The notes under the pieces: generated by a model | Seen by the model: only the letters and a program-made list of their open reading frames with translations | The model's database searches: none | What the model was told of the DNA's origin: nothing | Part shown: positions 1 through 9,033 of the stretch, one piece after another | How positions within the stretch are numbered: position 1 is the stretch's first letter | Layout: every line of letters begins with the position of its first letter | Made by a program: the position numbers and the translations under genes | Source: Patescibacteria group bacterium | GTDB lineage: Bacteria; Patescibacteriota; Microgenomatia; 0-14-0-10-38-17 | NCBI GenBank assembly: GCA_050953885.1 | Contig: JBMNNJ010000001.1 | Coordinates: 399,437 to 463,436, forward strand | Length of the DNA: 64,000 bases | Direction of reading: 5' to 3'

Positions 1-289
1 GAAGCTGAATCATTATCCCTCCTACTTTTTCATCGTCATTCAAATCGCGAATTTTGGCAATTATTTCTTTCGTGGCTAAGCTATCTGGCCAAAAATACTC
101 TTCAAAGTTGATGCCCACCCTCCAAGCCGCCTCTTTCTTAAGATCCAGATAAATTTTGCTAGCTTTACTTTCACCAATTAAAATATCCACCAGTTTTTTA
201 TTTTTCTTTTCCCCAAGCGCTTGCCATCTTTCCCGCAAAATCTTTTCTTTTTCCGAAGCTATTTTGCGGCCGTCAAAAATAATCGTCAT
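1..289 (-). CDS. folD: Bifunctional methylenetetrahydrofolate dehydrogenase/cyclohydrolase, N-terminal part (runs off window)
   Basis: Hand translation from ATG at 289: MTIIFDGRKIA...ASKIYLDLKKEAA...LNDDEKVGGIMIQL, matching the FolD N-domain; directly downstream of glyA. Confidence 0.9.
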   Translation of the reverse strand, partial: MTIIFDGRKIASEKEKILRERWQALGEKKNKKLVDILIGESKASKIYLDLKKEAAWRVGINFEEYFWPDSLATKEIIAKIRDLNDDEKVGGIMIQL

Positions 290-298
290 AAAGCGTTT

Positions 299-1546
299 TT
301 ACGAATAAATTGGAAAACGAAATGTTAATTTCTCCACTTCTTTTCTTACCAATCCCGCTTTCTGCGGAGCACTAATAACCCTTGCTATCCAGACGGCAAT
401 TTCTTCCATTTCCTTCTCCTTCATTCCCCGAGTCGTTAGCGCTGGTGTTCCTAAACGAATTCCAGAAGGCCGATATGGCGGGTTAGGATCATCGGGAATA
501 GTATTGGCATTAACAACAATACCCGCTTTCTCCAAAGCTACCGCCGCCGTTTTGCCATCAATTCCCTTATTTCTTAAATCAGCCAAAAGCAAATGATTAT
601 CCGTCCCGCCGGAAACCAAATTAAAGCCCCTTTTCTGAAGAGCGCTCACCAGCTGGCAGGCATTTTTTACCACCTGATGAGCATATTCCCTAAATGACTC
701 TTTCCCTGCTTCTTTTAAGGCTACTGCCATTGCCGCAATCGTGTTCTCATGGGGGCCACCCTGAAGACCGGGGAAAACCGCCCGATCAATTTTCTCGGCC
801 AGTTTTGGGTCCTTTTCCAATCCTTTCTTGGTTACCATAATCATTGCCCCTCTGGGCCCGCGTAAAGTTTTGTGAGTGGTCGTGGTCACCACATGAGCAT
901 AAGAAACCGGCGAGGGATGAACGCCCGCCGCCACTAGCCCGGCGATATGAGCAATATCCGCCAAAAGATAAGCGCCTACTTTTTCGGCAATTTGGCCAAA
1001 CTTCTTAAAATCCAAGATCCGCGGATAAGCGGTGGTGCCGGCAACAATAATTTTTGGCCGTTGCTCCTTTGCCTGCTTTTCAATTTCCTCGTAATCCAAG
1101 AGCCCATTCTTACCCACGGCGTACTGAACGCTCTGAAAATAACGGCCGGAAAAGGTAATTTTTGGATGGCCGTGAGTCAAGTGGCCTCCTGAATCAAGCG
1201 ATAATCCCATAATTTTGTCTTGCGGCTCCAAAAGGGCAAAGTAAACCGCGCTGTTAGCCGGTGAGCCAGAATAAGGCTGAACATTAACGTGGGGAACACC
1301 AAAAAGCTTTTGCGCTCTTTTTTGAGCTAAATTTTCAATTTCGTCAATAATTTCGTTACCCTGATAATAACGTTTCCCGGGGTAGCCTTCAGCATATTTA
1401 TTCTGCGTCACCGAGCCCAAAGCCGCCAACACGGCCGGGGAAGCATAATTTTCCGAAGGGATCATCATCAAAGTTTCCTCCTGACGCCTTTTCTCTTTTT
1501 CAATCAACTTGGCAATTTGGGGATCAACGGTATTAAGAGACATCAT
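299..1546 (-). CDS. glyA: Serine hydroxymethyltransferase
   Basis: SEN, NKYAEGYPGKRYY, GGHLTHG and TTTHKTLRGPRG (PLP lysine) motifs. Confidence 0.98.
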   Translation of the reverse strand: MMSLNTVDPQIAKLIEKEKRRQEETLMMIPSENYASPAVLAALGSVTQNKYAEGYPGKRYYQGNEIIDEIENLAQKRAQKLFGVPHVNVQPYSGSPANSAVYFALLEPQDKIMGLSLDSGGHLTHGHPKITFSGRYFQSVQYAVGKNGLLDYEEIEKQAKEQRPKIIVAGTTAYPRILDFKKFGQIAEKVGAYLLADIAHIAGLVAAGVHPSPVSYAHVVTTTTHKTLRGPRGAMIMVTKKGLEKDPKLAEKIDRAVFPGLQGGPHENTIAAMAVALKEAGKESFREYAHQVVKNACQLVSALQKRGFNLVSGGTDNHLLLADLRNKGIDGKTAAVALEKAGIVVNANTIPDDPNPPYRPSGIRLGTPALTTRGMKEKEMEEIAVWIARVISAPQKAGLVRKEVEKLTFRFPIYS

Positions 1547-1894
1547 TGTTAAATTGATAAGCTGTTAAATTGTTGGGGATGGGATAGTTCGTAATGCGTA
1601 ATAAAGAAACGCAAAGTGCAAATATCAAAAATCAAAACCAAGCTCAAAAACCAAAACTATAAATTAAAACTCAAAACGCAAATGTCAAATGTCAAAACTA
1701 CATGTTAAATCTCAAATATTTTTAGAGCTTAATCCGCCAGCTGGCGGATTGAGTTGTAGTTTTGAGTTTTGCGATTTAACATTTGAGTTTATTTATTATT
1801 TTTGAACTTTTATTTAGGCTTTGATTTTTGATATTTGCGATTTGAGTTTTTTCATACTTAATACTTGATACAAAATACCAGATACTAACTCTTA
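1547..1894. repeat. Composite intergenic hairpin: TCAAAA/TCAAAT-type array, central palindrome AATCCGCCAGCTGGCGGATT (1731-1750), inverted TTTTGA array
   Basis: Read directly; arms at ~1610-1716 and ~1751-1850 are imperfect reverse complements; 1659-1717 is nearly identical to 11793-11851. Confidence 0.85.
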
Positions 1895-2614
1895 TTATAC
1901 CCCTCTTTCCCTAACTTGGGCTCCGGGGATTTTCTTCCACTGCCCGCAAGACATTTTGCCTTCCCAGCAAATTTTTTCCGTTTGGCAACTGGGGCCAGCA
2001 TCAGCAAAAAGCGTTGGCGCCGCTTTTTTAACCAACCTCAACATTTCCCAAGCAAGAGCCCTGATTTCCCACTGCGCCCGCTGGCAGCAACGAAGACGGA
2101 AAAAATTATGCAGTTCCCGCGCATTCATGGTCACCACTATTTTTGTTTCACAAGCATTGGGCAAAACAAAACGCGCGTCTTCCTTTTCGACACCAAGACT
2201 CACTAGTCGCTGGTAAGAATTTTCCGCTTTCCCCAAACTTTTAAGAAAAATTTTTTCTGCTTTGGAATCCTTCTTAATTTGAGGAGGAATAATATAAGAA
2301 AGAGATTCCGTTGGCTTCACATACCGTTGCGATTGTTGCGAGTAAGAAGCCAGGCGATGCCGTACCAGCTGATGAGAACAAGCCCGAGAAATGCCCTCAA
2401 TTGCAAAGGTAAAAGAAGCATGCTCAATCGTAGAAGTGTGACCGGAGGAAATGACTTGCTTAACTAACCTTTCTCTTGTTTCCTGACTGGTTTTTTTCAA
2501 AAGATCTTCTGCCCCCACCGGGCTATAGCACTGGCGAATTGCCGCCGCCGCCACCTCTTCTGGTTTTTTGGTGTAAGACAAAAGAATAACCTTGAGTTTT
2601 TGCTCTTTAGGCAT
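1895..2614 (-). CDS. thyX: FAD-dependent thymidylate synthase
   Basis: GHTSTIEH and the ThyX signature RHRLASYSQQSQRY. Confidence 0.97.
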   Translation of the reverse strand: MPKEQKLKVILLSYTKKPEEVAAAAIRQCYSPVGAEDLLKKTSQETRERLVKQVISSGHTSTIEHASFTFAIEGISRACSHQLVRHRLASYSQQSQRYVKPTESLSYIIPPQIKKDSKAEKIFLKSLGKAENSYQRLVSLGVEKEDARFVLPNACETKIVVTMNARELHNFFRLRCCQRAQWEIRALAWEMLRLVKKAAPTLFADAGPSCQTEKICWEGKMSCGQWKKIPGAQVRERGV

Positions 2615-3167
2615 TTATTTTGGTCAAAATTTCTTCCACTTTTGCTTCCAGCTCTTTTATTGTCCCTTTATTAATTAAAACATCATCCGCTTTTTTAAGA
2701 CAAGCTTTTATATTTCTTCCTTTTTCTCCCTGGCCGCTTTTAAAATCAATCCTATCAATTCTTAAAAAATCCTTCCACTCAACAGGATCAGACTCCCGCT
2801 GACGTGAAAGTAGCCGCTGATACCGCAAACGCCGCGGTGCCGTCACCCCAATCAAATAAAAATTCGGCTTCTTTTTAAGAAAATTAACTTCCGCCTCACC
2901 ACGAATAGAATCAATAACCACCCTAGCGCCCCCTTTTTCCCTAACTATTTCCCAAGTTCTTCTAGCCAAAACTTCTCCCCCAAATTCATGGCGCAAATCA
3001 TCGGCAATCTTTTGTAAATTCTCTCGCGTAATTTCTATGCCTCTTTTTTCAATTTCTTCACGTACCCGGTCAGAAGTTGAAGAATAGAAAAACCCTTTCT
3101 TTTTTAAGAATTCTGCGACTATGCCCTTGCCACCCGCAATGGGACCAGTCAAGCCAATAATAATCAT
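2607..3167 (-). CDS. P-loop nucleoside monophosphate kinase-like protein (dephospho-CoA kinase/AAA family)
   Basis: [13 protein letters not shown] Walker A and VVIDSIR; start at 3167 overlaps the upstream stop (ATGA). Confidence 0.75.
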   Translation of the reverse strand: MIIIGLTGPIAGGKGIVAEFLKKKGFFYSSTSDRVREEIEKRGIEITRENLQKIADDLRHEFGGEVLARRTWEIVREKGGARVVIDSIRGEAEVNFLKKKPNFYLIGVTAPRRLRYQRLLSRQRESDPVEWKDFLRIDRIDFKSGQGEKGRNIKACLKKADDVLINKGTIKELEAKVEEILTKINA

Positions 3168-3655
3168 TTTTTGGGAAAACACCATTTTTCTAATTTAACC
3201 TTCGCTTCTTTTAATAAACCTTGGGCGAATTCATCGGGGTAAGGGTCAAGATAAACAATACGCTTAATGCCGGCGCCGATTAAAATTTTCGTGCAAATTG
3301 TGCAAGGTTGATGAGTAATATAAATCGTACTCCCCCGAGTAGGCACACCATAAACCGCGCACTGAATAATCGCGTTTTGCTCGGCATGAATAGCCCGACA
3401 AATTTCTGCCCGCGTCCCCGAGGGAATTTTTAGCTGATCACGAATACAGCCGATATCCAAACAATGCGCCATCCCTGACGGCGCGCCATTATAGCCAGTC
3501 GCTAAAATCCTCTTGTCGCGCACCAAAACCGCTCCCACCTGACGTCTTAAGCAAGTACTGCGCGTGGCAACCAGCTGCGCTAATTTCATAAAATATTCAT
3601 CCCATGCTGGCCTAATTTTTCCCGCCTTTGTTCTGACCTGGTTTTCGCTTACCAT
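3164..3655 (-). CDS. dCMP deaminase (ComEB-like cytidine/deoxycytidylate deaminase)
   Basis: [26 protein letters not shown] and PCTIC zinc motifs. Confidence 0.93.
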   Translation of the reverse strand: MVSENQVRTKAGKIRPAWDEYFMKLAQLVATRSTCLRRQVGAVLVRDKRILATGYNGAPSGMAHCLDIGCIRDQLKIPSGTRAEICRAIHAEQNAIIQCAVYGVPTRGSTIYITHQPCTICTKILIGAGIKRIVYLDPYPDEFAQGLLKEAKVKLEKWCFPKK

Positions 3656-3739
3656 ATTTAATTTACCTAAAAAAACGATGCTATAATTTAGCGCGCACCT
3701 ATCACCTCTAATAAAAACAACCCTGCTTCATTATGTTTT

Positions 3740-4040
3740 TTGATTTTGATTGGTAATGGGTAATAAAAAAGCGCAAAATGCAAAGAGCCTCGCCGCCAGC
3801 GGGGCCCCGCTATGGCGGGATAAAACCTGAATCAAAATTCAAAATTCAAAAGTTAAAAGTTAAAATTACAAGTTAAAATTCAAAAGTAGAACAAAAAACT
3901 TTTAACTTGTAATTTTGATCCGCCAGCTGGCGGATTGACTTTTGCCTTTTGAATTATTTTTGCGCCAGTCATTCGCTTATTCGTGTCTATTCGTTTCCTA
4001 TTTGTTTTAATTCGTGTCTTTTAGCAACTTAATAATGATT
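3740..4040. repeat. Composite intergenic repeat: heptamer arrays, ATCCGCCAGCTGGCGGAT (3918-3935), ATTCGTGT-type array
   Basis: Read directly; 3843-3960 aligns with 26290-26408, which lacks the palindrome. Confidence 0.8.
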
Positions 4041-4043
4041 TTC

Positions 4044-5561
4044 TTATTCGTTCTTCACCTTTGCCGTTTGCCCATCAGTAGAAACCCAAATTCCTAGTTT
4101 TGAAAAAATACTTTGCTCTGCCGCTGATAATTCATGAGTGGTATGCATAAAGCAACCGCGTAAGTTATTCAAAAATCCTTGCGCTTTTTGCGCCACGGGA
4201 CTAACTTGGGAAGAAACTGCCAAAGCCAAAAGGGCTTCGGTGCAGTTCAGGCTGGTTGATTTTTCCTTAATTTGCTTTTTCAATTTATTAATCTGCTTAA
4301 TAATTGCTGGCGAAATTAAATCAAGATTATCTGGGATTTCCCCTAAAACCTTAATCGCGTTCAAAACTGCCGCCGCTTCCGCATGAAGAAGGGGAGAATT
4401 TTTCCCGCTGATAATTCTCCCATCAGGAAGTTCAATTGCCGCTCCACAATAAATTCCCCTTTCTCCCTTTCCTCTTTTTTGCGTTGCCTCTTTTTTTGCC
4501 CGCCGCGCTGCGGGCACTATTTTAAGATCTTCCTCGCTTATCCCCAAACGCTTCATAATCACTTCCACCCTCTCTATCGTCTTCTTATCAACCAACCCCT
4601 TTTTATATTCCTGCCGATAGCGAAAAAGATAGAAGATAATTTCTTTCTTAGCCGCCTCGCAAACAACTTTTTCGTCAATAATCCCCTGACTTAAAACATT
4701 AAACCCCACATCGGTAGGAGAACAATAAGAACGCGAAAAATTTTTATCGCTCAAAATTTTTTCAAAAATAGCCTTGATAATTGGAAAAGCCTCCACGTCG
4801 CGATTATAATTAACCGCAATCTTTTGGTAAGCCTGAAGATGAAAAGGATCAATGAGATTAAAATCACCTAAGTCAGCCGTCGCGGCTTCATAGGCAAGAT
4901 TAACAGGATGGTCAAGCGGCAAATCCCAAACAGGAAAGGTTTCAAATTTAGCGTAACCAGAATTAAGCCCTTTCTTCGCGTCAAGATATATCTGCCCTAA
5001 ACAAGTTGACAATTTCCCCGACCCGGGTCCGGCTCCCCAAACCACCACCAAGGGTTTTTTGGTCTTAAGATCTTCATCGCGGCCATAGCCTTGGGCGCTC
5101 AAGATATTCTCGAGATTACGGGGATAACCGTCAATCTCATAGCGCCTAAAAACCTTTATTCCCATCCGTTTTAGTCTCTTTTCCAAAATTTTTGCCTCGT
5201 TCTCTCCCTCAAAGCGATTAATCACCACCCCCGCCACTGCCAAACCAATTGCCTCTAAATCTTCTAAGGCCTTAATCGTGGCCAAATCATAACCCATTCC
5301 CCAGTCGCCGCGAATTTTACCATTGGCTAATTGCTTAGCAGAAACACAATAAAGCACCTCTAAATCTTGATGTAAAGCTTTAAGTAAGCGCACTTTAGCG
5401 TCAGGATCGTAGCCTGGCAGGCTGCGGGCGGCGTGGAAATCAGCCATCAATTTCCCCCCAAACTCCAAATAAAGCCGGCCGGAAAATTTAGCTAATCGCT
5501 CTCTAATCGCCTTCTCTTGAGCCGCCAAATACCTTTTGGTATCAAAACCTATTTTATTCAT
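4044..5561 (-). CDS. DUF1846 (UPF0371) family protein
   Basis: KIGFD..YL, LYLEFGGKL, GPGSGKLSTCL and GYAKFETFPVW family motifs. Confidence 0.9.
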   Translation of the reverse strand: MNKIGFDTKRYLAAQEKAIRERLAKFSGRLYLEFGGKLMADFHAARSLPGYDPDAKVRLLKALHQDLEVLYCVSAKQLANGKIRGDWGMGYDLATIKALEDLEAIGLAVAGVVINRFEGENEAKILEKRLKRMGIKVFRRYEIDGYPRNLENILSAQGYGRDEDLKTKKPLVVVWGAGPGSGKLSTCLGQIYLDAKKGLNSGYAKFETFPVWDLPLDHPVNLAYEAATADLGDFNLIDPFHLQAYQKIAVNYNRDVEAFPIIKAIFEKILSDKNFSRSYCSPTDVGFNVLSQGIIDEKVVCEAAKKEIIFYLFRYRQEYKKGLVDKKTIERVEVIMKRLGISEEDLKIVPAARRAKKEATQKRGKGERGIYCGAAIELPDGRIISGKNSPLLHAEAAAVLNAIKVLGEIPDNLDLISPAIIKQINKLKKQIKEKSTSLNCTEALLALAVSSQVSPVAQKAQGFLNNLRGCFMHTTHELSAAEQSIFSKLGIWVSTDGQTAKVKNE

Positions 5562-7561
5562 TTATTATTTGTTATTTCTCTGGGCTTTCGCCAAGAAGCC
5601 CACTTACAGTTAGGATAAGCCGAACAACCATAAAAACGCCTTCCTTTTTTGCTTCTTCTTATTACCACTTGAGCCCCGCACTGGGGACATTTTACTCCTT
5701 CCAATTTTTCATTATAAGGGGCGGTATAATCGCATTCAGGAAAGCGTGAACATGATAAAAATTTACCAAAACGGCCTGTTCTCACCACCAACTTTCCCTG
5801 TCCGCATTTGGGGCAAGTTTTTTCTGTTTCCTCAACTGGCACGGCTACCCGCGGCGCTTCTTTCTCTACCTTGGCTAATTTCTGCGAGAAAGGCTGGTAA
5901 AAACGCTTAATTAAATTCGTCCAGCGCCTTTGACCACTAGCCACTTCATCAAGGCCTTCCTCCATTTGCGCGGTAAAAGGCAAGTCAACAATTTCGGCAA
6001 AGTTACCTACCAGAAAATCATTAACCGTCTCCCCTAAAACGGTAGGCTTAAATACCCCCTCTTCCTTTTCAACATAATAACGATTTTCCACCGTGGTAAC
6101 AATCGGCGCATAAGTTGAAGGTCGGCCAATCCCTTCTTTTTCCAAAACCGCAATTAAGCTCGCCTCGTTATAACGAGGGGGCGGATTAGTTGCCAATTTG
6201 AGAGGGCTTAAGCAAAAAAGAGAAACTTTTTCTCCTTTTTTCAAATCGGGAAAACTTGAGTCTAAAAATTCTTTTGCCAAAACTTGGCGAAAACCGGGAA
6301 AAACCAATTTTTGGCCAGAAGTTTCAAATAAATACTGCCCTCCTTTAATTTTGGCGGTTACTTTTTCAAAAACGGCCGGCGTCATTTGTGAAGCGATAGC
6401 CCTTTTCCAAATTAACTGGTAGAGTTTATCTTCCTGCCCGCCTAAGCTAATTTTTTGGCGCTGAATATCAGTCGGACGAATAGCCTCGTGAGCTTCTTGC
6501 GCCACCCGGCTGCGTGTTTTGTAAAAAATTGCTTTAGGGGGAAGAAAACGAGGGCCATATTTTTTCAAAATCAAGCTTCTTATTTTTTCCACCGCCTCTT
6601 TTGCTAAAGCCGTCGAATCGGTCCGGTGATAGGTAATTAAACCCTGCTCATAAAGGCGCTGGGCCAGTCTCATTGTCTGTCTTGAGGAAAAACCAAAAAG
6701 ACGGTTCGCCCCTTGCTGCATTGTTGAAGTTGTTAAAGGGGGAGAAGGATAACGGCGGCTTTCTTTTCTAATCACTTCTTCTACTAAAAAAGGGGATAAA
6801 AAACAGTCGGCGATAATGGCCAAAGCTTCTTTTTCGTTTTTAATCTTGCTGGAAGAAAAAGTATAATCGCCGGCAAAAAGGGAAATTTTATGACGCTCTT
6901 CAACTTTCTCCCCATTAATTGCCACCAACCCCGCCGGAAAAATTTCCCCTTCTTTTTTAAAACCACCCTCCAAACGCCAATATTCTTGGGAAGAAAAAAT
7001 TTTAATCTCCCTTTCTCGCTCGACGATTAAACGCACCACTACCGACTGAACCCGACCGGCTGACAAGCCTCGTCTTATTTTCTTCCATAAAATCGGTGAA
7101 AGTTTATAGCCCACCAGCCGATCCAAAACCCGCCGGGCAGTTTGCGCGTCCACCAGAGAAAGATTAATTTCTCCCGCCTGCTGAATTGCTTTTTTCACCG
7201 CCTCAAGGGTAATTTCATGAAAACTAATTCGAGCAAAATGGTTTGTTTTTTTGTCAGGCGCCTGGCATAATACCATTACCTGATAAGCGATTGCTTCCCC
7301 TTCCCGATCCGGATCAGAGGCCAAAAAAACTCTTTCTGCCTTTTTAACGCTTTTTTTAATTTCGTTAATCGTTGCTTTTTTACCGGGAAGAATTTCATAT
7401 TGAGGAGCAAAGTTATTCTCAACATCCACTCCTAACTTGCTTTTTGGCAAATCGCGAAGATGGCCTTTAGTTGCCAAAATCTGGTATTCCTCCCCCAAAA
7501 ACCGAGATAATGTCTTTGCCTTAGTGGGTGATTCAACAATAATAAGATTCATATTCCCCAT
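5558..7561 (-). CDS. topA: DNA topoisomerase I
   Basis: IVESPTKAK, DPDREGE, SAGRVQS, ITYHRTDS and two C-terminal zinc ribbons. Confidence 0.98.
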   Translation of the reverse strand: MGNMNLIIVESPTKAKTLSRFLGEEYQILATKGHLRDLPKSKLGVDVENNFAPQYEILPGKKATINEIKKSVKKAERVFLASDPDREGEAIAYQVMVLCQAPDKKTNHFARISFHEITLEAVKKAIQQAGEINLSLVDAQTARRVLDRLVGYKLSPILWKKIRRGLSAGRVQSVVVRLIVEREREIKIFSSQEYWRLEGGFKKEGEIFPAGLVAINGEKVEERHKISLFAGDYTFSSSKIKNEKEALAIIADCFLSPFLVEEVIRKESRRYPSPPLTTSTMQQGANRLFGFSSRQTMRLAQRLYEQGLITYHRTDSTALAKEAVEKIRSLILKKYGPRFLPPKAIFYKTRSRVAQEAHEAIRPTDIQRQKISLGGQEDKLYQLIWKRAIASQMTPAVFEKVTAKIKGGQYLFETSGQKLVFPGFRQVLAKEFLDSSFPDLKKGEKVSLFCLSPLKLATNPPPRYNEASLIAVLEKEGIGRPSTYAPIVTTVENRYYVEKEEGVFKPTVLGETVNDFLVGNFAEIVDLPFTAQMEEGLDEVASGQRRWTNLIKRFYQPFSQKLAKVEKEAPRVAVPVEETEKTCPKCGQGKLVVRTGRFGKFLSCSRFPECDYTAPYNEKLEGVKCPQCGAQVVIRRSKKGRRFYGCSAYPNCKWASWRKPREITNNK

Positions 7562-8772
7562 TCGCCTCTGCCTAAATTTTTAATCGCCCCCTTAATTTCT
7601 AATAATCCTAAAAGGGCATTAACTTTCTCTGCCGGCCAAACTGCCTTTTTAATTATCTCATCAACCGTCAAGTTTTCCTGCGAAAGAAGATCGATAACTC
7701 TTTTCTCATCAGGAGATAAACTTTCTGGAGAAATATTACCCAAAAGCCTTTTTCCTTTTAAATTAAATTCTTCTAAAATATCCTCGGCGCTGCTTACTAA
7801 TTTTGCCCCATTTTTTAAAAGAAAAATTGGACCGGCGCAAAGAGGATAAGTAATCGGGCCGGGAACGGCAAAAACTTCCCGCCCAAAATCAGCTGCTAAA
7901 GAAGCGGTGATTAACGATCCCGACTTCTGCGCCCCCTCGGTAACCAAAACCCCCGCTGATAACCCGGCAATAATCCGATTCCGGGAAGGAAAATTACCCG
8001 GCAGGGGCGGCATCCCCGGGGGAAACTCGGAAATAATCAAGCCTTTTTGGGCAATTTCTTCACTTAATTGATAAGCTTGAGGGGGATAAACCATATTAAT
8101 CCCACATCCCAAAACGGCAATTGTTTTCCCCCCTTTTCTTAGGGCAGTCTGATGAGCCAGCGAATCAACCCCCCAGGCCAAACCCGAAACAATCACCAAA
8201 CCTGCCTCCGCTAAATCTTGAACCAATAAGCTTGTTACCTGTCGACCGTAAGCGGTCATTCTTCTTGTCCCCACCACTCCCAGGGAAGGACAGGAAAAAA
8301 AATCTTTCTTCTCAAAAACTTCGCTCTGCCGTCCTCTGACATAAATCAAAAAAGGCGGTGAGCTAATTTCTTTCAGGAGAGGAGGATAAGATTCATCGGC
8401 CAAAGTTAAAGGCCAAACTGGTACATTCTCCCCTTTTAAATACTCTCCTTTTCTTCTAACCCAAGAATAATCTTTTTCCTGTTCCTGATTATTAAAACCA
8501 AATTTTTCTCCCTCTCCTAACTTACCCGAAATTAATTTCTCAAAATATTCTTCAGGAGAAAAATGCTGACGAAAGCTTAAAAATTGCCTCGTCAATTTTT
8601 CTCCTAAATTAAGTTTCCACCATTCTTCTTCTCTTGCTTCCCAGGCTAAGCGCGCCCCGCTAAAGTAACGTAAAATCGCCAAAAACTTTTGGGGGCCAAT
8701 TCCCTGGAAAACATTAAAAGCCACCCAATAAGGGCGGTCTTTGTCGATATTAATTTTTTTAAAATCAAACAC
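7549..8772 (-). CDS. dprA: DNA-processing protein DprA
   Basis: VVGTRR, IVSGLAWGVD, FPSRNRIIAGLS, SGSLITA, GREVFAVPG. Confidence 0.96.
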   Translation of the reverse strand: MFDFKKINIDKDRPYWVAFNVFQGIGPQKFLAILRYFSGARLAWEAREEEWWKLNLGEKLTRQFLSFRQHFSPEEYFEKLISGKLGEGEKFGFNNQEQEKDYSWVRRKGEYLKGENVPVWPLTLADESYPPLLKEISSPPFLIYVRGRQSEVFEKKDFFSCPSLGVVGTRRMTAYGRQVTSLLVQDLAEAGLVIVSGLAWGVDSLAHQTALRKGGKTIAVLGCGINMVYPPQAYQLSEEIAQKGLIISEFPPGMPPLPGNFPSRNRIIAGLSAGVLVTEGAQKSGSLITASLAADFGREVFAVPGPITYPLCAGPIFLLKNGAKLVSSAEDILEEFNLKGKRLLGNISPESLSPDEKRVIDLLSQENLTVDEIIKKAVWPAEKVNALLGLLEIKGAIKNLGRGEWGI

Positions 8773-8873
8773 CGTTATTAAATTTTACTAAAATATACAA
8801 ATTAACACGGATGGGAAACAAGAAAATAACTTAAAATGCAAAAGTCAAAATTCAAAATTGCAAATACAATTCT

Positions 8874-8963
8874 GTAGGGGCGGACCCATGTGTCCGCCCA
8901 TCAAAGGGTCCGTGCTGCTTATTTAAAACCATTAATCGGGTCGACACATGGGTCGACCCCTAC
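8874..8963. repeat. REPIN-like pair of inverted GTAG-type REP hairpins
   Basis: GTAGGGGCGGACCCATGTGTCCGCCC ... GGGTCGACACATGGGTCGACCCCTAC; inverted homologue at 24641-24733. Confidence 0.85.
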
Positions 8964-9033
8964 AAATATTCCTTTGCGTTTTGCGATTTAACATTTGAGT
9001 TTATTTAATGAAACAATGCGGCAATGAAACAAT

